64,000 bases of DNA from Candidatus Hydrogenedentota bacterium. GTDB taxonomy: Bacteria > Hydrogenedentota > Hydrogenedentia > Hydrogenedentales > JAEUWI01. The notes below the pieces were generated by a model. That model was not told the DNA's origin. It searched no databases and was given only the letters and a program-made list of their open reading frames with translations. Numbering within the stretch: position 1 is the first letter of the stretch; each line of letters opens with the position of its first letter. The translations under genes and the position numbers were made by a program. This document shows, piece after piece, positions 31,985 through 42,255 of the stretch. The stretch covers positions 64,001-128,000 of the forward strand of contig JAXMOL010000006.1 in the NCBI GenBank assembly GCA_034669905.1, given 5' to 3'.

Positions 31985-34594
31985 TCAGTCCCCGTCCTCC
32001 TCTGCGTCGGGGTCGATTATCAGATTCAGGTGGCCCAGCCCCTTTCCGTGGGCACCCGCGAAGTCCGCCGGGTAGGGCGTGTCTACGCCCTTGATGGCGT
32101 GCCAGATGATGCGGTTGAAGGTGTCTTCGTCGGCGGCATCCACGTGGGTCAGGTCCTGAGCGAGGCTGGCGAGGGCCCAGCGTTTCTGGTCGTCGTTCAG
32201 ACTGGTAAGTTCGGGGTTCAGCCGGTCCAGCGGAACCGTATTGGGTCGGGCCGCATAGGGCGTGAAATCGGGCTTTTCCGTGAAGCAATCGCTCATGAGG
32301 GGCGACATGGCGTCCCGCTGGTTGAGTGGCGGGATGCCCAGCATGCGGGCCATGGTGTGGAGCACCGAGGTCTGGTTATAGAAATGGCGCACCACCGCCT
32401 GGCGCCGGGTGTAGGGACTGACCACGAAGCAAATGGAGCGGTGACCGTCCACATGGTCGAAGCCATTCTGCGGGTCGTCTTCGATGACGAAGATACACAT
32501 CTTCGGCCAGAAAGGACTCTTGCTCAGGCCCTCGATGATTTGGCCCAAGGCCAGGTCATTGTCGGCCATGTGGGCCTCGGGCGTGGGTTGGCCGGGCTTG
32601 GTGCCGGAGGTGTGATCCTGGGGGAGGTAGACGAGGGTCATGTTGGGGAAGGTGCCCTGCTCGGAAAAGTCGTCGAGTTCCGCCAGGAAGCGCTCGGCAC
32701 GGAGCACATCGGGGATACGCATGTTCCAACCCGGGAAGTCGGGCGCGGTGAATTGCTGAAGTCGCCCGATTCCGATCTTCTGTTTAAAGGTGACGGCCTC
32801 GCCCCCCGCCCGGAAGTTTTCGTAGACCTCGGTGAAGGTGGCCTCGGCAGGGACCGTCTCAGCGTAATCCATCTCGCCGTAGTTGCGGAAAGAGAGGCCG
32901 TGGGCGAGGACGTTGTCCCAGATGAAACCCGAAGAGGAATAGCTCAGGGCGTCGTCGCCCCAGGTATAGCTGCGGGTAAAACCGCCGAAGGACTTCTCCA
33001 GATAATCGGTTACATTGCCTTCCGTCACCCAGGCATGGCCGTCGGCCGAGTTCACGCCGTTGCAGTAAAAATTGTCGAGGAGCACAAACTCCTCGGCGAG
33101 GGCATAGTGGTTGGGGGCCACGTCCCGCCCGTAGAGGCAAAGGCTGGGGTCGCCGTTGCCCTGGGGAAGCTCGCCGAGGACCTGGTCGTAGGTGCGGTTT
33201 TCTTTCACGATGTAAACCACGTGATCAAAGACGGAGGCTTCGCCGAGATTCTCGGGCACGGGCACCGGGTTGGTGGTGCGATGACTCCGTTCCCAGGCGG
33301 TCAGCACCTGGGGCGTGTTGCCCTGTCGGTGGACCGCTGCCGTGTGGCGGTCGAGTTGGTCAAGGGCGCTTTCCGGGATGCGGTTGATGGTCCCGAGGAA
33401 ATCGTAGACGCTGCGTCCGTCGTTTTCAGGTTTGTCCTTGCGCGAGCCCAGTCCCTTTACGTTGGCCACGTATAGGTTGCCGTCGTGCCAGTCCAGTCCG
33501 GCCGGATACCACGCCGTGGGGAGGAAGCCCGTGACCCGATAGGCATTCGGATCTTCCAGCGAGACGACCGCGATGGCGTTGTTGCCGCCATTGGCGACGA
33601 AGAGCCGGGATTCGTCGGCATTCAGCGCCAAGCCATTGGGCGCACTGCCGAAGGGTAGCTTGGGGTCGGGGCGCACCCCCAGTTCCTGAAGCACCGTGTG
33701 GGTCGTCGTGTCAATCACCGAGACCGTATCCGAGTTGGCATTGGCGACGAAGAGGCGGCTTCCGTCGCGGTTGAGCAGCAGGTCGGTGGGGTGGAGGCCC
33801 GTCGTGATTTCGGCTATCGTCTCACCCGAAGCCAGATCGATGGAGGATACCGTCCCCGAGGCTCCGATACCCCGGTCATCCACCACGACCTCCGTGCCGG
33901 AGGAGTCGGCGGTTTGGTCTTCCGGTGCAGGCCGTCGTCCGCCCCAATTGGATACCCACGCCGTGGCGCCGTCCGCTGAAAGGACCACGTCGTAGGGCGC
34001 GATGCCGGTGGGAATCGTTTCCTCCACCGTAGGAGTAGTCAGGTCGATTTTCGCCAGGGCGTTGTTGCGCGAAAGGGTGACCCACGCGTGGGTGCCGTTG
34101 GGAGTCAGCGCAATGCCCGTGGGGTGGGAGGCGTCGGTGCCTTTGGGGCCAGGCAACGCGACCGTATCCTCCCACGACAGGGTGCCGTCGTCTGCGATAG
34201 CGCCCACCATGAAATGGTGCTGGGCGGTGGTGGCGTAGAGCCGGGTTCCTGCTCCGTTGAGAGCAATTCCATGCTGCGAACCGCCCCGGTCTTTCCCGAA
34301 GGGCAGTTCCTGCACCACCTTCCACGTGTTTCCATCAATGACCACGATGCCCCGATTGTCCTTGGCATAGAGAAAGCGCCCGTCGGGTCCCACCGTCACG
34401 TCGACGGGCCTGCCCCCGAAGGAGACCAAATCACCGGCGGCATCGATGCGCTGGCCATCGGGTAAGAGGAGGCCGGTGCGGTCTTGGGTGGCGACCTGGG
34501 ACGGGGTATGCATACAGCCCACCAAGAGTAACGCGACGAAGGGGCGGGTGAGGTGCTTCAGGAGACGATGTAGTGGTGGCTGCATGGGCATCAC
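31985..34594 (-). CDS. Lipoprotein: YVTN/YncE beta-propeller fused to phosphoesterase (alkaline-phosphatase-like) domain
   Basis: Lipobox LLVGC; propeller repeats (LFVANANSDTVSVID); YIVKENRTYDQV, SADGH, EDDPQNGFDHVDGHRS. Confidence 0.9.
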   Translation of the reverse strand: MMPMQPPLHRLLKHLTRPFVALLLVGCMHTPSQVATQDRTGLLLPDGQRIDAAGDLVSFGGRPVDVTVGPDGRFLYAKDNRGIVVIDGNTWKVVQELPFGKDRGGSQHGIALNGAGTRLYATTAQHHFMVGAIADDGTLSWEDTVALPGPKGTDASHPTGIALTPNGTHAWVTLSRNNALAKIDLTTPTVEETIPTGIAPYDVVLSADGATAWVSNWGGRRPAPEDQTADSSGTEVVVDDRGIGASGTVSSIDLASGETIAEITTGLHPTDLLLNRDGSRLFVANANSDTVSVIDTTTHTVLQELGVRPDPKLPFGSAPNGLALNADESRLFVANGGNNAIAVVSLEDPNAYRVTGFLPTAWYPAGLDWHDGNLYVANVKGLGSRKDKPENDGRSVYDFLGTINRIPESALDQLDRHTAAVHRQGNTPQVLTAWERSHRTTNPVPVPENLGEASVFDHVVYIVKENRTYDQVLGELPQGNGDPSLCLYGRDVAPNHYALAEEFVLLDNFYCNGVNSADGHAWVTEGNVTDYLEKSFGGFTRSYTWGDDALSYSSSGFIWDNVLAHGLSFRNYGEMDYAETVPAEATFTEVYENFRAGGEAVTFKQKIGIGRLQQFTAPDFPGWNMRIPDVLRAERFLAELDDFSEQGTFPNMTLVYLPQDHTSGTKPGQPTPEAHMADNDLALGQIIEGLSKSPFWPKMCIFVIEDDPQNGFDHVDGHRSICFVVSPYTRRQAVVRHFYNQTSVLHTMARMLGIPPLNQRDAMSPLMSDCFTEKPDFTPYAARPNTVPLDRLNPELTSLNDDQKRWALASLAQDLTHVDAADEDTFNRIIWHAIKGVDTPYPADFAGAHGKGLGHLNLIIDPDAEEDGD

Positions 34595-34736
34595 TTTCCA
34601 GTTTCTATTGGGTATTCACACGGTCCTCGAGCGCCAGGCCATCGCTTTTGACTGCCCCTATGCATAGCCCGTATGATCGGGGATTCGCACGTATCTCACA
34701 GGCCCTCAGCCTAACATCATTCAGAAAGCCAGTACC

Positions 34737-36017
34737 ATGAAGCTACTCGTCGAAGGTGCGCCCCTGCGCGGCACCGTAGAGATTCCCGGTTCCAAGTCCC
34801 ACAGCATTCGTGCCGTGGCCATCGCGTCCCTCGCGCCGGGAGAAAGTCTCATCCGTCAGCCCCTGGATTCGGCGGACGCACGGGCCGCCTTCCGGGCCTA
34901 CAAGGCCTTTGGTGCGACGATTGAAGACGAGGGTGATTGCTGGCGGGTTCAGGGTACGGGGGGCAACCTCAAGGTTCCTGACGGCGTCATTGATGTGGCC
35001 AATTCGGGCACGACCATGCGCATCGCCCTGGGGAGCGCGGCCCTGCTAAAAGACGGTATGACCGTGCTCACGGGTGACAAGCAAGTTAACGCTCGGCCCT
35101 GTGGCCCCCTCGCCCAATCCCTCAATGACCTGGGTGCCACGGTCCGCTCTACCCGGGGCAATGGCAATCCGCCCTTTGTGGTGGAGGGCCTCCTGCGCGG
35201 TGGCAAGACCTCCATCGAGGCCGTCACGAGTCAGTATGTGAGCGCCATCCTGGTGAACGCGCCCCTGGCCGAGCACGACACCCATATGGTGGTGCCTTTG
35301 CTCAACGAAAAACCCTATGTGGGCATTACCCTGGATTGGCTGGAACGTCAGGGCATTACCATTAACGCCGCCGACGATTGGAGTGAATTCCACATTCCCG
35401 GTGGGCAGACCTATGCCCCCGTGGACCGCCGCATTCCGGGCGACTTCTCGTCGGCCACCTTCTTCCTGGCGGCGGGTGCCCTGCAGGACAACGAAATTTA
35501 CTCGTCCGGCCTCGACATGTCCGACACCCAGGGGGACAAGGCCGTGGTGGACTACCTCCGGGAAATGGGTGCCGATATACGGATTGACGACGAAGGTATC
35601 AATGTGCGCGCCGATGGCCTGACCGGTTGTGAAATCGATTTGAACGCCACGCCCGATGCCCTGCCGATGATGGCGGTCATGGGCTGCTTCGCCAAGGGAA
35701 CGACCCGCCTGGTCAACGTGCCCCAGGCCCGCCTGAAAGAGACGGACCGCATTGCCGTTATGTGCCAGGAATTGACGAAGATGGGCGCCAACATTACCGA
35801 GTTGCCCGACGGCCTCGTAATTGAAGAAAGTGCCCTGCAGCCTGCCGTTGTGGAAGGGCACGATGACCACCGTGTGGTCATGTCCCTCGCCATTGCCGGT
35901 GCCATGCTGCCCGGCACGACGACGATCAACGGTTACGAAGCGGTGAATATTACCTTCCCCGACTTCAGCGCGGCCATGCAGGGTCTCGGCGGAAAGACGC
36001 GTATCATCGAAGACTGA
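34737..36017 (+). CDS. aroA: EPSP synthase
   Basis: PGSKSHSIR, NSGTTMR, SQYVSA, GDFSSA, RLKETDR, DDHRVVM. Confidence 0.97.
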   Translation: MKLLVEGAPLRGTVEIPGSKSHSIRAVAIASLAPGESLIRQPLDSADARAAFRAYKAFGATIEDEGDCWRVQGTGGNLKVPDGVIDVANSGTTMRIALGSAALLKDGMTVLTGDKQVNARPCGPLAQSLNDLGATVRSTRGNGNPPFVVEGLLRGGKTSIEAVTSQYVSAILVNAPLAEHDTHMVVPLLNEKPYVGITLDWLERQGITINAADDWSEFHIPGGQTYAPVDRRIPGDFSSATFFLAAGALQDNEIYSSGLDMSDTQGDKAVVDYLREMGADIRIDDEGINVRADGLTGCEIDLNATPDALPMMAVMGCFAKGTTRLVNVPQARLKETDRIAVMCQELTKMGANITELPDGLVIEESALQPAVVEGHDDHRVVMSLAIAGAMLPGTTTINGYEAVNITFPDFSAAMQGLGGKTRIIED

Positions 36018-36067
36018 CCAGAGTTCGATAGGCGGGTCGTTCGGGGGGTGGGCGCGCGAGAAAGGGA

Positions 36068-37327
36068 ATGTCCATGGAATGGCGTTACTTTGATTTCGAA
36101 CGTGATCAAGCGGTCGCCGCCCGGATCTGGCACGAAATCGGTTGGCTCAATCAAAAAGATGCCCCTTCCCGCGAAGGTATGGCCGCCTACACCCAGTCCG
36201 GCCCGGGCTATGTGGCCCTGGTCCATGGCGACCCCGGCTGCTTTGTCTTTCGCTGTGACGGTTCGATTCGTCATCGGAATGATGATTTGCCGTTGGCGGC
36301 CATTACCGGTGTCGCCACGGCGCGCAACGGACGCAAGCAGGGGCTGGCCCTCGAGCTGACCGCCCGTGCGCTGGCGGAGGCCGCTGATGAAGGCGCAGCC
36401 GTGGCGGGACTCAGTACCTTCGAGCAGGGCTTCTATGACCGTATTGGTTTTGGCACCTGCGCCTACAGCCATTTCTGGCGCTTTGATCCCGACCGATTGA
36501 CGGTGAGCGATAAGGTGCGCCCGACCCATATCCTTAGCACGGACCACGTGGACGCCATTCACGATGCCCGCCTGCAGCGTCGGCGGCCCCATGGCGCTGT
36601 CAGCCTGACTTCCGTCGGACAGACACGGTCCACCATTTTGCGCTCGGGGGATGGCTTTGGTCTCGGCTATTTTGACGAAGGCACCGAAACACCCAGCCAT
36701 TGCCTCTGGTGCACGCCCCAGGAAACCACGCGGGGTCCCTACAGCATCGAATTCATGGTCTGGAAAACCCGGGCCCAGTTCCTCGAGCTGATGGGCCTCA
36801 TCAAGCAATGGGGCGACCAGGTGCGGTTGGTGACCATGACCGAGCCCGCAGGCATCCAAATCCAGGACCTCATCGACCGCCCGACCCAGCACTTCTGGAG
36901 CACGGTCGGCGGGGAATACACCAGCTGGTGTCGCGCCCACGCGAACTTTCAATACCGCATCGTCGACCTGGCCACCTGTATCGCCGCGACCCACCTCACG
37001 GGCCCCGAGGTCGCCTTCAACCTCACGCTACACGACCCCATGTCGGAGCGGCCCCGCGATGGCGTGGGGCAAACGTCGGGCTATTGGAAGGGGCTCTCCG
37101 GGGACTATCGCATGCTTCTCGGCCCGGAAAGCCAGATAAAGGTCAGACACGAGGCCGCGTTGGAAACCCTGGAAGCCTCCGTGGGGGCCTTCACCCGCCT
37201 GTGGCTTGGCGTAGGTTCCGCCACGGCCCTTTCGATGACTGACCAGCTCTCCGGCCCGCCAGCCCTCCTGGAGGCCCTCGACGAAGCCCTGCGCCTGCCC
37301 ACGCCCCAGACCGATTGGTTTTATTGA
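36068..37327 (+). CDS. Eis-like GNAT acetyltransferase with SCP2-like C-terminal domain
   Basis: ITGVAT...RKQGLA, FYDRIGF, C-terminal FTRLWLG...LPTPQTDWFY. Confidence 0.82.
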   Translation: MSMEWRYFDFERDQAVAARIWHEIGWLNQKDAPSREGMAAYTQSGPGYVALVHGDPGCFVFRCDGSIRHRNDDLPLAAITGVATARNGRKQGLALELTARALAEAADEGAAVAGLSTFEQGFYDRIGFGTCAYSHFWRFDPDRLTVSDKVRPTHILSTDHVDAIHDARLQRRRPHGAVSLTSVGQTRSTILRSGDGFGLGYFDEGTETPSHCLWCTPQETTRGPYSIEFMVWKTRAQFLELMGLIKQWGDQVRLVTMTEPAGIQIQDLIDRPTQHFWSTVGGEYTSWCRAHANFQYRIVDLATCIAATHLTGPEVAFNLTLHDPMSERPRDGVGQTSGYWKGLSGDYRMLLGPESQIKVRHEAALETLEASVGAFTRLWLGVGSATALSMTDQLSGPPALLEALDEALRLPTPQTDWFY

Positions 37328-37372
37328 GCGGGGATTTAATGGAGTGCCGTCGCGACAAGCTTACGGCGTGCA

Positions 37373-37905
37373 CCCTATGGAGCGCCGCCGGCCCGGCGGC
37401 CCGGCGGCATGGGGGATGGGCAGATACGTCGCGTGGAGGAAGCATCCTGTCGTAATCCGTCACGACCCACCCTGTATTTCAGCCCGAAGGGCTATTACAG
37501 CTTAAAGCCCAGGGCAACGTCCTGGGAAAAAGGTTTGCGCGTCGAATACAGAGCCCTGAAAGGGCGGCGCAGCTGTGATGCCCTTTCAGGGCGAAGATTG
37601 TTGGGGGATGCTTTTTGTCCCTGGGCGTTGCCCAGGGCTGGAAGCTGTGTAGCCCCTTCGGGGCGATTGTTTGGCTGTCGAATTCCCGGCGGAGGGTTCT
37701 TCGAGTGCCTGACGTCCCTTCACCCTGCCCGTTGGTAGGGGTTGCTTCTATGAGAAACGATAGCGGCACGCCCCTATGGCGCGCCGCCGGCCCGGCGGCA
37801 TCGGGCTTGGGCAGATAGGTCGGGTGGGGAAGGATCGTGACAAGACCGTCTATGACCCCACCCTGCATTTCAGCATGAAAGGCTTTCGGCGCTTAAACCC
37901 CTGGG
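37373..37905. repeat. REP/BIME-like mosaic A: two type-1 units (37373, 37772) around a 184-bp nested palindrome (37481-37664)
   Basis: CCCTATGG(A/C)GCGCCGCCGGCCCGGCGGC twice, 399 bp apart; AGCCCAGGGCAACG.CCTGGG and AGCCCTGAAAGGGC with inverted partners; homologous to 45.1-45.9 kb. Confidence 0.9.
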
Positions 37906-37909
37906 GAAA

Positions 37910-40312
37910 CTAAGGAGCCTGTTGTAACGCGATTTCGATATCCGCAATCTCCATTTCGTCGTAAACCCTACCCAGATCGACTTCGGCGGGGAGGTGACCC
38001 TCCGCTTCCACGCGCAAGGTCCATTTCCCCTGGCCGGGGAGGTCCACCGAAAAATGGCCACCCGCATCGGCGATATGATGGACGATGGGATTGCGCGGTA
38101 TACCCTCGGAAACCTGTATCGTGAGGATAAAGGCACCCAGGGGTGCGCCGTCCGCGCCAGTCACGGTTCCAGATACCTGAGGCGCGCCAATCATGACCAC
38201 GACGACGCCCGTCTCGCCCGCCGCTACCTTGGCGTCTTCCGAGCGTGCGTAGCCCGCTGCGTTGGCGCTGACAGAATAGGTGCCTGCGGGCAACTCCTCG
38301 AAGAGGAATTCGCCGCCTTCGCCAGCCGTGGTCATGGCAGGGGGGGAGATGCCCTGGCCGCTGTCTAAGCCTGCACGCACGTGGGCACCGGCTATTCGAT
38401 TCCCCTCCGTATCCTCCACCACCCCGCTCAGCTCCAGGAGTTCGCCCTGGTCGTAGACGAGCGAGAGCCCGAGAACGGATTCCCCCGGACTCACCGCAAC
38501 GGTCCGTGCCTGCTGGCGTGCGTTGGAGCGCGGCACCAGCTCGATCGTATAGGTGCCCGCGCACACGTTGGGCAACACAAAATATCCCCCGCCATCTGTT
38601 TCACCCACGGGCCACATCACGGGGAACTGGAGTGACTCTTCCGTGGCCAAGGCCATGACCTTACAGGAAAAAGGTTCGCCGCTCCGGTTCACGACCCGTC
38701 CGGCGATGACACCGCTGCAGTCCAGCGCGAGGCTAAGCGTGATGTCGTCGCTCCCCGGTGCGCCGACTACGAAGGGCCCCACCAGCCCGCTCCGCGATGC
38801 GGGAGTCTCCGCCACCAGATGGATGGCCTCACCCTCGCTATAATCGCCGAAGTAAAAACGACCATCCGCCTGCGTATAAAACTCCGCCAGGTTTTGGCGT
38901 CCCTCGACGGCATTCGAGCGGACCGTCGCCCCCTCCACCGGATTGCCCGCATCGTCTAACACGATACCCGCCAGTGTGGCACCCGCCGTCAGGGTGAAGT
39001 CCACGCCTTCCGAAACCTGGCCCGCCGCCAACGCAACCGTTTCCCGTTGCCTTATGGGTGGGTCCTGTGGATAACCGGGTACGCGGTTGGGCGGCGATAC
39101 CGTGTAGGTGCCCTGCGGCAGTCCGGACAGCACATAGGCCCCGTCCTCATTCGTCGCCGAGGAGGCGTAGGAGTGGTCCCGCGTCTGCTCCCACGCCCGG
39201 ATCACCCTATCGGGTATGCCTGCACCGGTCGCTCCGTCGAGGAGGTGCCCGCGGATTTCTCCCCCTTCCATCACGTGGAGGGTGACCCGATCAGGCTTTC
39301 GTGACGGATCGATGGTCAATTCAATGGGCGGACCTGCCAGGGCATAGTGCGGGTCCTCGATATCCAACACGTAGCGCCCCGCACCCACCGCCGTAAAGGT
39401 GGCCAGGCCTTCCCCGTCGGAGATAAGGCGTGCGGGCGTCAGGTCTTCTGCTTTATATGCAAGGGTCACCGCGATACCGGCGACGGGTGAGCCATCCGCT
39501 TGACGGACGACCTGGCAGGGGAGCGCCGCCCCTTCGGAAAGCACAATGCGGGCATTGTCGATACCGGTGGGCAGGGGCGCGGTAATCACCGACCCATAGC
39601 CCGCCGCCGAAGCGTGGAGCGTCCATTCCCCCGGCTCCAGGCTCCGGAGTTGAAAGGTGCCGGTGTCATCCGACAGCACCGCGCCGCCTTCGCTCTTATA
39701 TCCCCAAATGCCCCGGCCATTCCGGGCCAGGCGCATGATTTTTGCCCCGCCAATGCCCTTCCCGTCGCGTCCCACCACCTTGCCGCCCAATGACATGCCG
39801 CCCTGGAGCACCAGGGTGATCTCGTGGAGAGGGTGATCCGCCGTCACCTGGCGACGCGTTGTTACGTGTCCCGTCTCATGATCCGCCGAGATATAAAGCT
39901 CGCCCCGGGGCAAGGCCCCTATTTCGAAATGGCCCGCCTCGTCCGTCCACGCCGGCCCCGTGCCCGGTGCGGAAAGTTCGGCATCACTATCCTCCAGAGG
40001 TGCCTGTCGAACGCTCCTCTTCCAGGTATAGCGCACCTCGGCACCGGCTGCCGGGTGTCCGTCTGGCTGTATGACCTGTCCGCGGAGCATTCCCACGTGA
40101 CTCGCATTTGGGAGTTCCGTTGCGGGTTCGGGCGCGGGCAATTCAACCGTGGTCTCCGCGATGACCGGCACCGACGCTGGAGCTGCCTGCCGTTCCTCCA
40201 TGGAGTTTGCATCACTTGGCTTTTCAGGCGATACCACCGGCGCGCGCAACACGACGACCAAGATCATCGCAACCCCGATCACGGCCATTCCACTCAGAAC
40301 CCACTTCCGCAT
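37910..40312 (-). CDS. Membrane-anchored protein of repeated carboxypeptidase-regulatory-like beta-sandwich domains
   Basis: N-terminal TM helix, then about 7-8 repeats of G-x-V-x3-G-x-P...TD-x-x-G-x-F...L-x-x-G-x-Y. Confidence 0.87.
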   Translation of the reverse strand: MRKWVLSGMAVIGVAMILVVVLRAPVVSPEKPSDANSMEERQAAPASVPVIAETTVELPAPEPATELPNASHVGMLRGQVIQPDGHPAAGAEVRYTWKRSVRQAPLEDSDAELSAPGTGPAWTDEAGHFEIGALPRGELYISADHETGHVTTRRQVTADHPLHEITLVLQGGMSLGGKVVGRDGKGIGGAKIMRLARNGRGIWGYKSEGGAVLSDDTGTFQLRSLEPGEWTLHASAAGYGSVITAPLPTGIDNARIVLSEGAALPCQVVRQADGSPVAGIAVTLAYKAEDLTPARLISDGEGLATFTAVGAGRYVLDIEDPHYALAGPPIELTIDPSRKPDRVTLHVMEGGEIRGHLLDGATGAGIPDRVIRAWEQTRDHSYASSATNEDGAYVLSGLPQGTYTVSPPNRVPGYPQDPPIRQRETVALAAGQVSEGVDFTLTAGATLAGIVLDDAGNPVEGATVRSNAVEGRQNLAEFYTQADGRFYFGDYSEGEAIHLVAETPASRSGLVGPFVVGAPGSDDITLSLALDCSGVIAGRVVNRSGEPFSCKVMALATEESLQFPVMWPVGETDGGGYFVLPNVCAGTYTIELVPRSNARQQARTVAVSPGESVLGLSLVYDQGELLELSGVVEDTEGNRIAGAHVRAGLDSGQGISPPAMTTAGEGGEFLFEELPAGTYSVSANAAGYARSEDAKVAAGETGVVVVMIGAPQVSGTVTGADGAPLGAFILTIQVSEGIPRNPIVHHIADAGGHFSVDLPGQGKWTLRVEAEGHLPAEVDLGRVYDEMEIADIEIALQQAP

Positions 40313-40653
40313 CGTTTATCTCCCAAGGGAACCCTTTTACGCCAAGATGGCGCGACGAGGGCTTCGCCCACAAGCCAATTGACATCAGTTGAAAAATTGC
40401 ATTTCATGTCTTCGTCGTGAAGTGTCTTGGTTCTTTGCGTCTTTGCGTGCAATCACGTTTTTGTTTGGTGCGCAAAAGGGACCCATTCTCCAAGGAGTAA
40501 GCTCTTATTGAAAAGTGCGTTATTCCTTGTTTTCCGTAGCGACTGGGCGGACCCTAGATACACGTTTCTTTTTAAATCATTTTCGAAATTCAAGGCACCA
40601 AAGACTTCGGCGCCATTCAGGGGCCATCCTCAAGCTCTCGGTGTCGCAGGTGG

Positions 40654-41664
40654 CTACAGATTCAGATTGGGCCCTACGCCGTAGATCTCAATGTCCATAC
40701 GTCGTGTTTCTTCTCCCGCCACCGCATTTACCCGGAGAACCGACTTGTAGTAGCTGCGCTCGGCCTCGGCCGAAAGGGACAAATGGAGGACAATCTCGCT
40801 GTCGCCTCCTCGCTCTTCCCGCCAGGTAACAGCTTGGCCCGCCTTGTGCTCGATAGACATAATTTGTAGCGGTTCCTCATACGGCGATACGATACGGACC
40901 GTTCCTGTGGCAGGTTTTCCTGGTTGGACCAAGCCCAGGGTTACTTCGTCCGGATCGGCGAGTATCGGAAAGGAAACCATCGCAAAAATGTTCACGTGTT
41001 TCTCCGGTACCAACGGATCGTTCGTGTGCATAATAACGCTTTCCGATAGGGGTCCGTAGGGCACATCCTCTCGCAGGGCAATGGAGATGGCGTGTGCACC
41101 GTCACCGGGACGGACATCGACACGCAACTTCTTCTCATTGAAATGCACCTCGGAAATTTCCAAGGCCAGACCAGGAGGCCAGTTAAGTGTTAAGTCATTC
41201 CGGGCCGTATCGCCGCGCAACACCGTCCCCAGTTGCAGCGGCTTTAATTCGTCGCTCGCCACAAAGCCCTGTAGGGTGTAGCTGCGCGGCTCGCCCACGC
41301 TGAACGACACCCTCACCGACTGGGAGAGCTTGCCCGACCTCCCTTTCGTGTTGAGCGTGACGGGCATCTGGACGGACTCGCCCGGCGCTATGACCTTACT
41401 CTCCACGCCCGCAACCGTACACCCGCAGGTGGTCTGAACCTGCTCCAGGCTGACAGGCTCCTGCCCGGGATTGTCCAGCAGGAAGGTGTGTCGAATGACT
41501 TTGCCTGCCCGCACCGTGCCAAAGTCGTAGATGCGATCCGCCGAGGCTATCGCGGCCACCTCTTGCGTTAGGGTATTCCTGAAGGCCAAACTCCCACCAA
41601 TCCCGGCAAGCAAGGTAACTACGAAGAGAATCGGCCATAGAATTATTCGAAAGCGACCAAACAT
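40654..41664 (-). CDS. DUF1573-type Ig-like domain protein with N-terminal anchor
   Basis: YDFGTV...HTF-x-L-x-N-x-G...V-x-TTCGCT...IAPGES, followed by two more Ig-like repeats. Confidence 0.87.
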   Translation of the reverse strand: MFGRFRIILWPILFVVTLLAGIGGSLAFRNTLTQEVAAIASADRIYDFGTVRAGKVIRHTFLLDNPGQEPVSLEQVQTTCGCTVAGVESKVIAPGESVQMPVTLNTKGRSGKLSQSVRVSFSVGEPRSYTLQGFVASDELKPLQLGTVLRGDTARNDLTLNWPPGLALEISEVHFNEKKLRVDVRPGDGAHAISIALREDVPYGPLSESVIMHTNDPLVPEKHVNIFAMVSFPILADPDEVTLGLVQPGKPATGTVRIVSPYEEPLQIMSIEHKAGQAVTWREERGGDSEIVLHLSLSAEAERSYYKSVLRVNAVAGEETRRMDIEIYGVGPNLNL

Positions 41665-41746
41665 GAATTGCCCCCTGAAGTTATAACATGGTTTTCGACC
41701 GATGAACAGGCCGATGGAGCGTCACGCCCCGCCGACCATGTACCAC

Positions 41747-42193
41747 TCAACCCGGACACGCATCCGCGAAGGCTCCCTGATCGAAGGCCGATATCCATTC
41801 TGGGTCGCCATCATTCTCACAAATGTAGAAATTGGAAGGAAAGGAGAGGTCCGGACATTCTGTTTGCAAATCTGACTTACATTTCTGCTGCAAGGTACAC
41901 ATTTCAGAACCGCTAACCTGGAAGGCTTCGTATCCGGCATGGCCGGTGTCCTCCTCCACGCGAAAACCCAACCAGACTCCAATCACGAGCGAGCTACAGT
42001 TGACTTTCTTGCTGCAGAGGTCACCGCACACGTCGTTGCTTACCGGTAGTTGTGCACATTCGATCTTCTGATAACATGTGGGAGCGGCAAGGACCGTTGG
42101 TGTATTTCCAAGCAAGGCACCACCGCCCAAGCCAGCCAAGCCCATCATCCACAGTCCCCAGCGCGCCATTTTCGTTTGCTTCGACTTGTTCAT
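41747..42193 (-). CDS. Small secreted cysteine-rich protein (10 Cys)
   Basis: AAGGAG RBS, basic plus hydrophobic signal peptide ending VLA-A, 10 Cys in the ~112-aa mature region. Confidence 0.8.
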   Translation of the reverse strand: MNKSKQTKMARWGLWMMGLAGLGGGALLGNTPTVLAAPTCYQKIECAQLPVSNDVCGDLCSKKVNCSSLVIGVWLGFRVEEDTGHAGYEAFQVSGSEMCTLQQKCKSDLQTECPDLSFPSNFYICENDGDPEWISAFDQGAFADACPG

Positions 42194-42255
42194 TTACATT
42201 CTCCTTGTATTGGTTCGCGTTGTTGCGTCGACTATGGTTTCGATGGTCCAGCACT

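Noticed and set aside
37409..37868. Small ORFs inside repeat mosaics (also 44943-46018 and 47445-47804)
   Set aside because: They are translations of palindromic repeats in several frames with no consistent start or RBS
40426..40495. CTTTGCGTCTTTGCGTG short tandem motif as a fifth repeat family
   Set aside because: Single degenerate occurrence in this window, insufficient support
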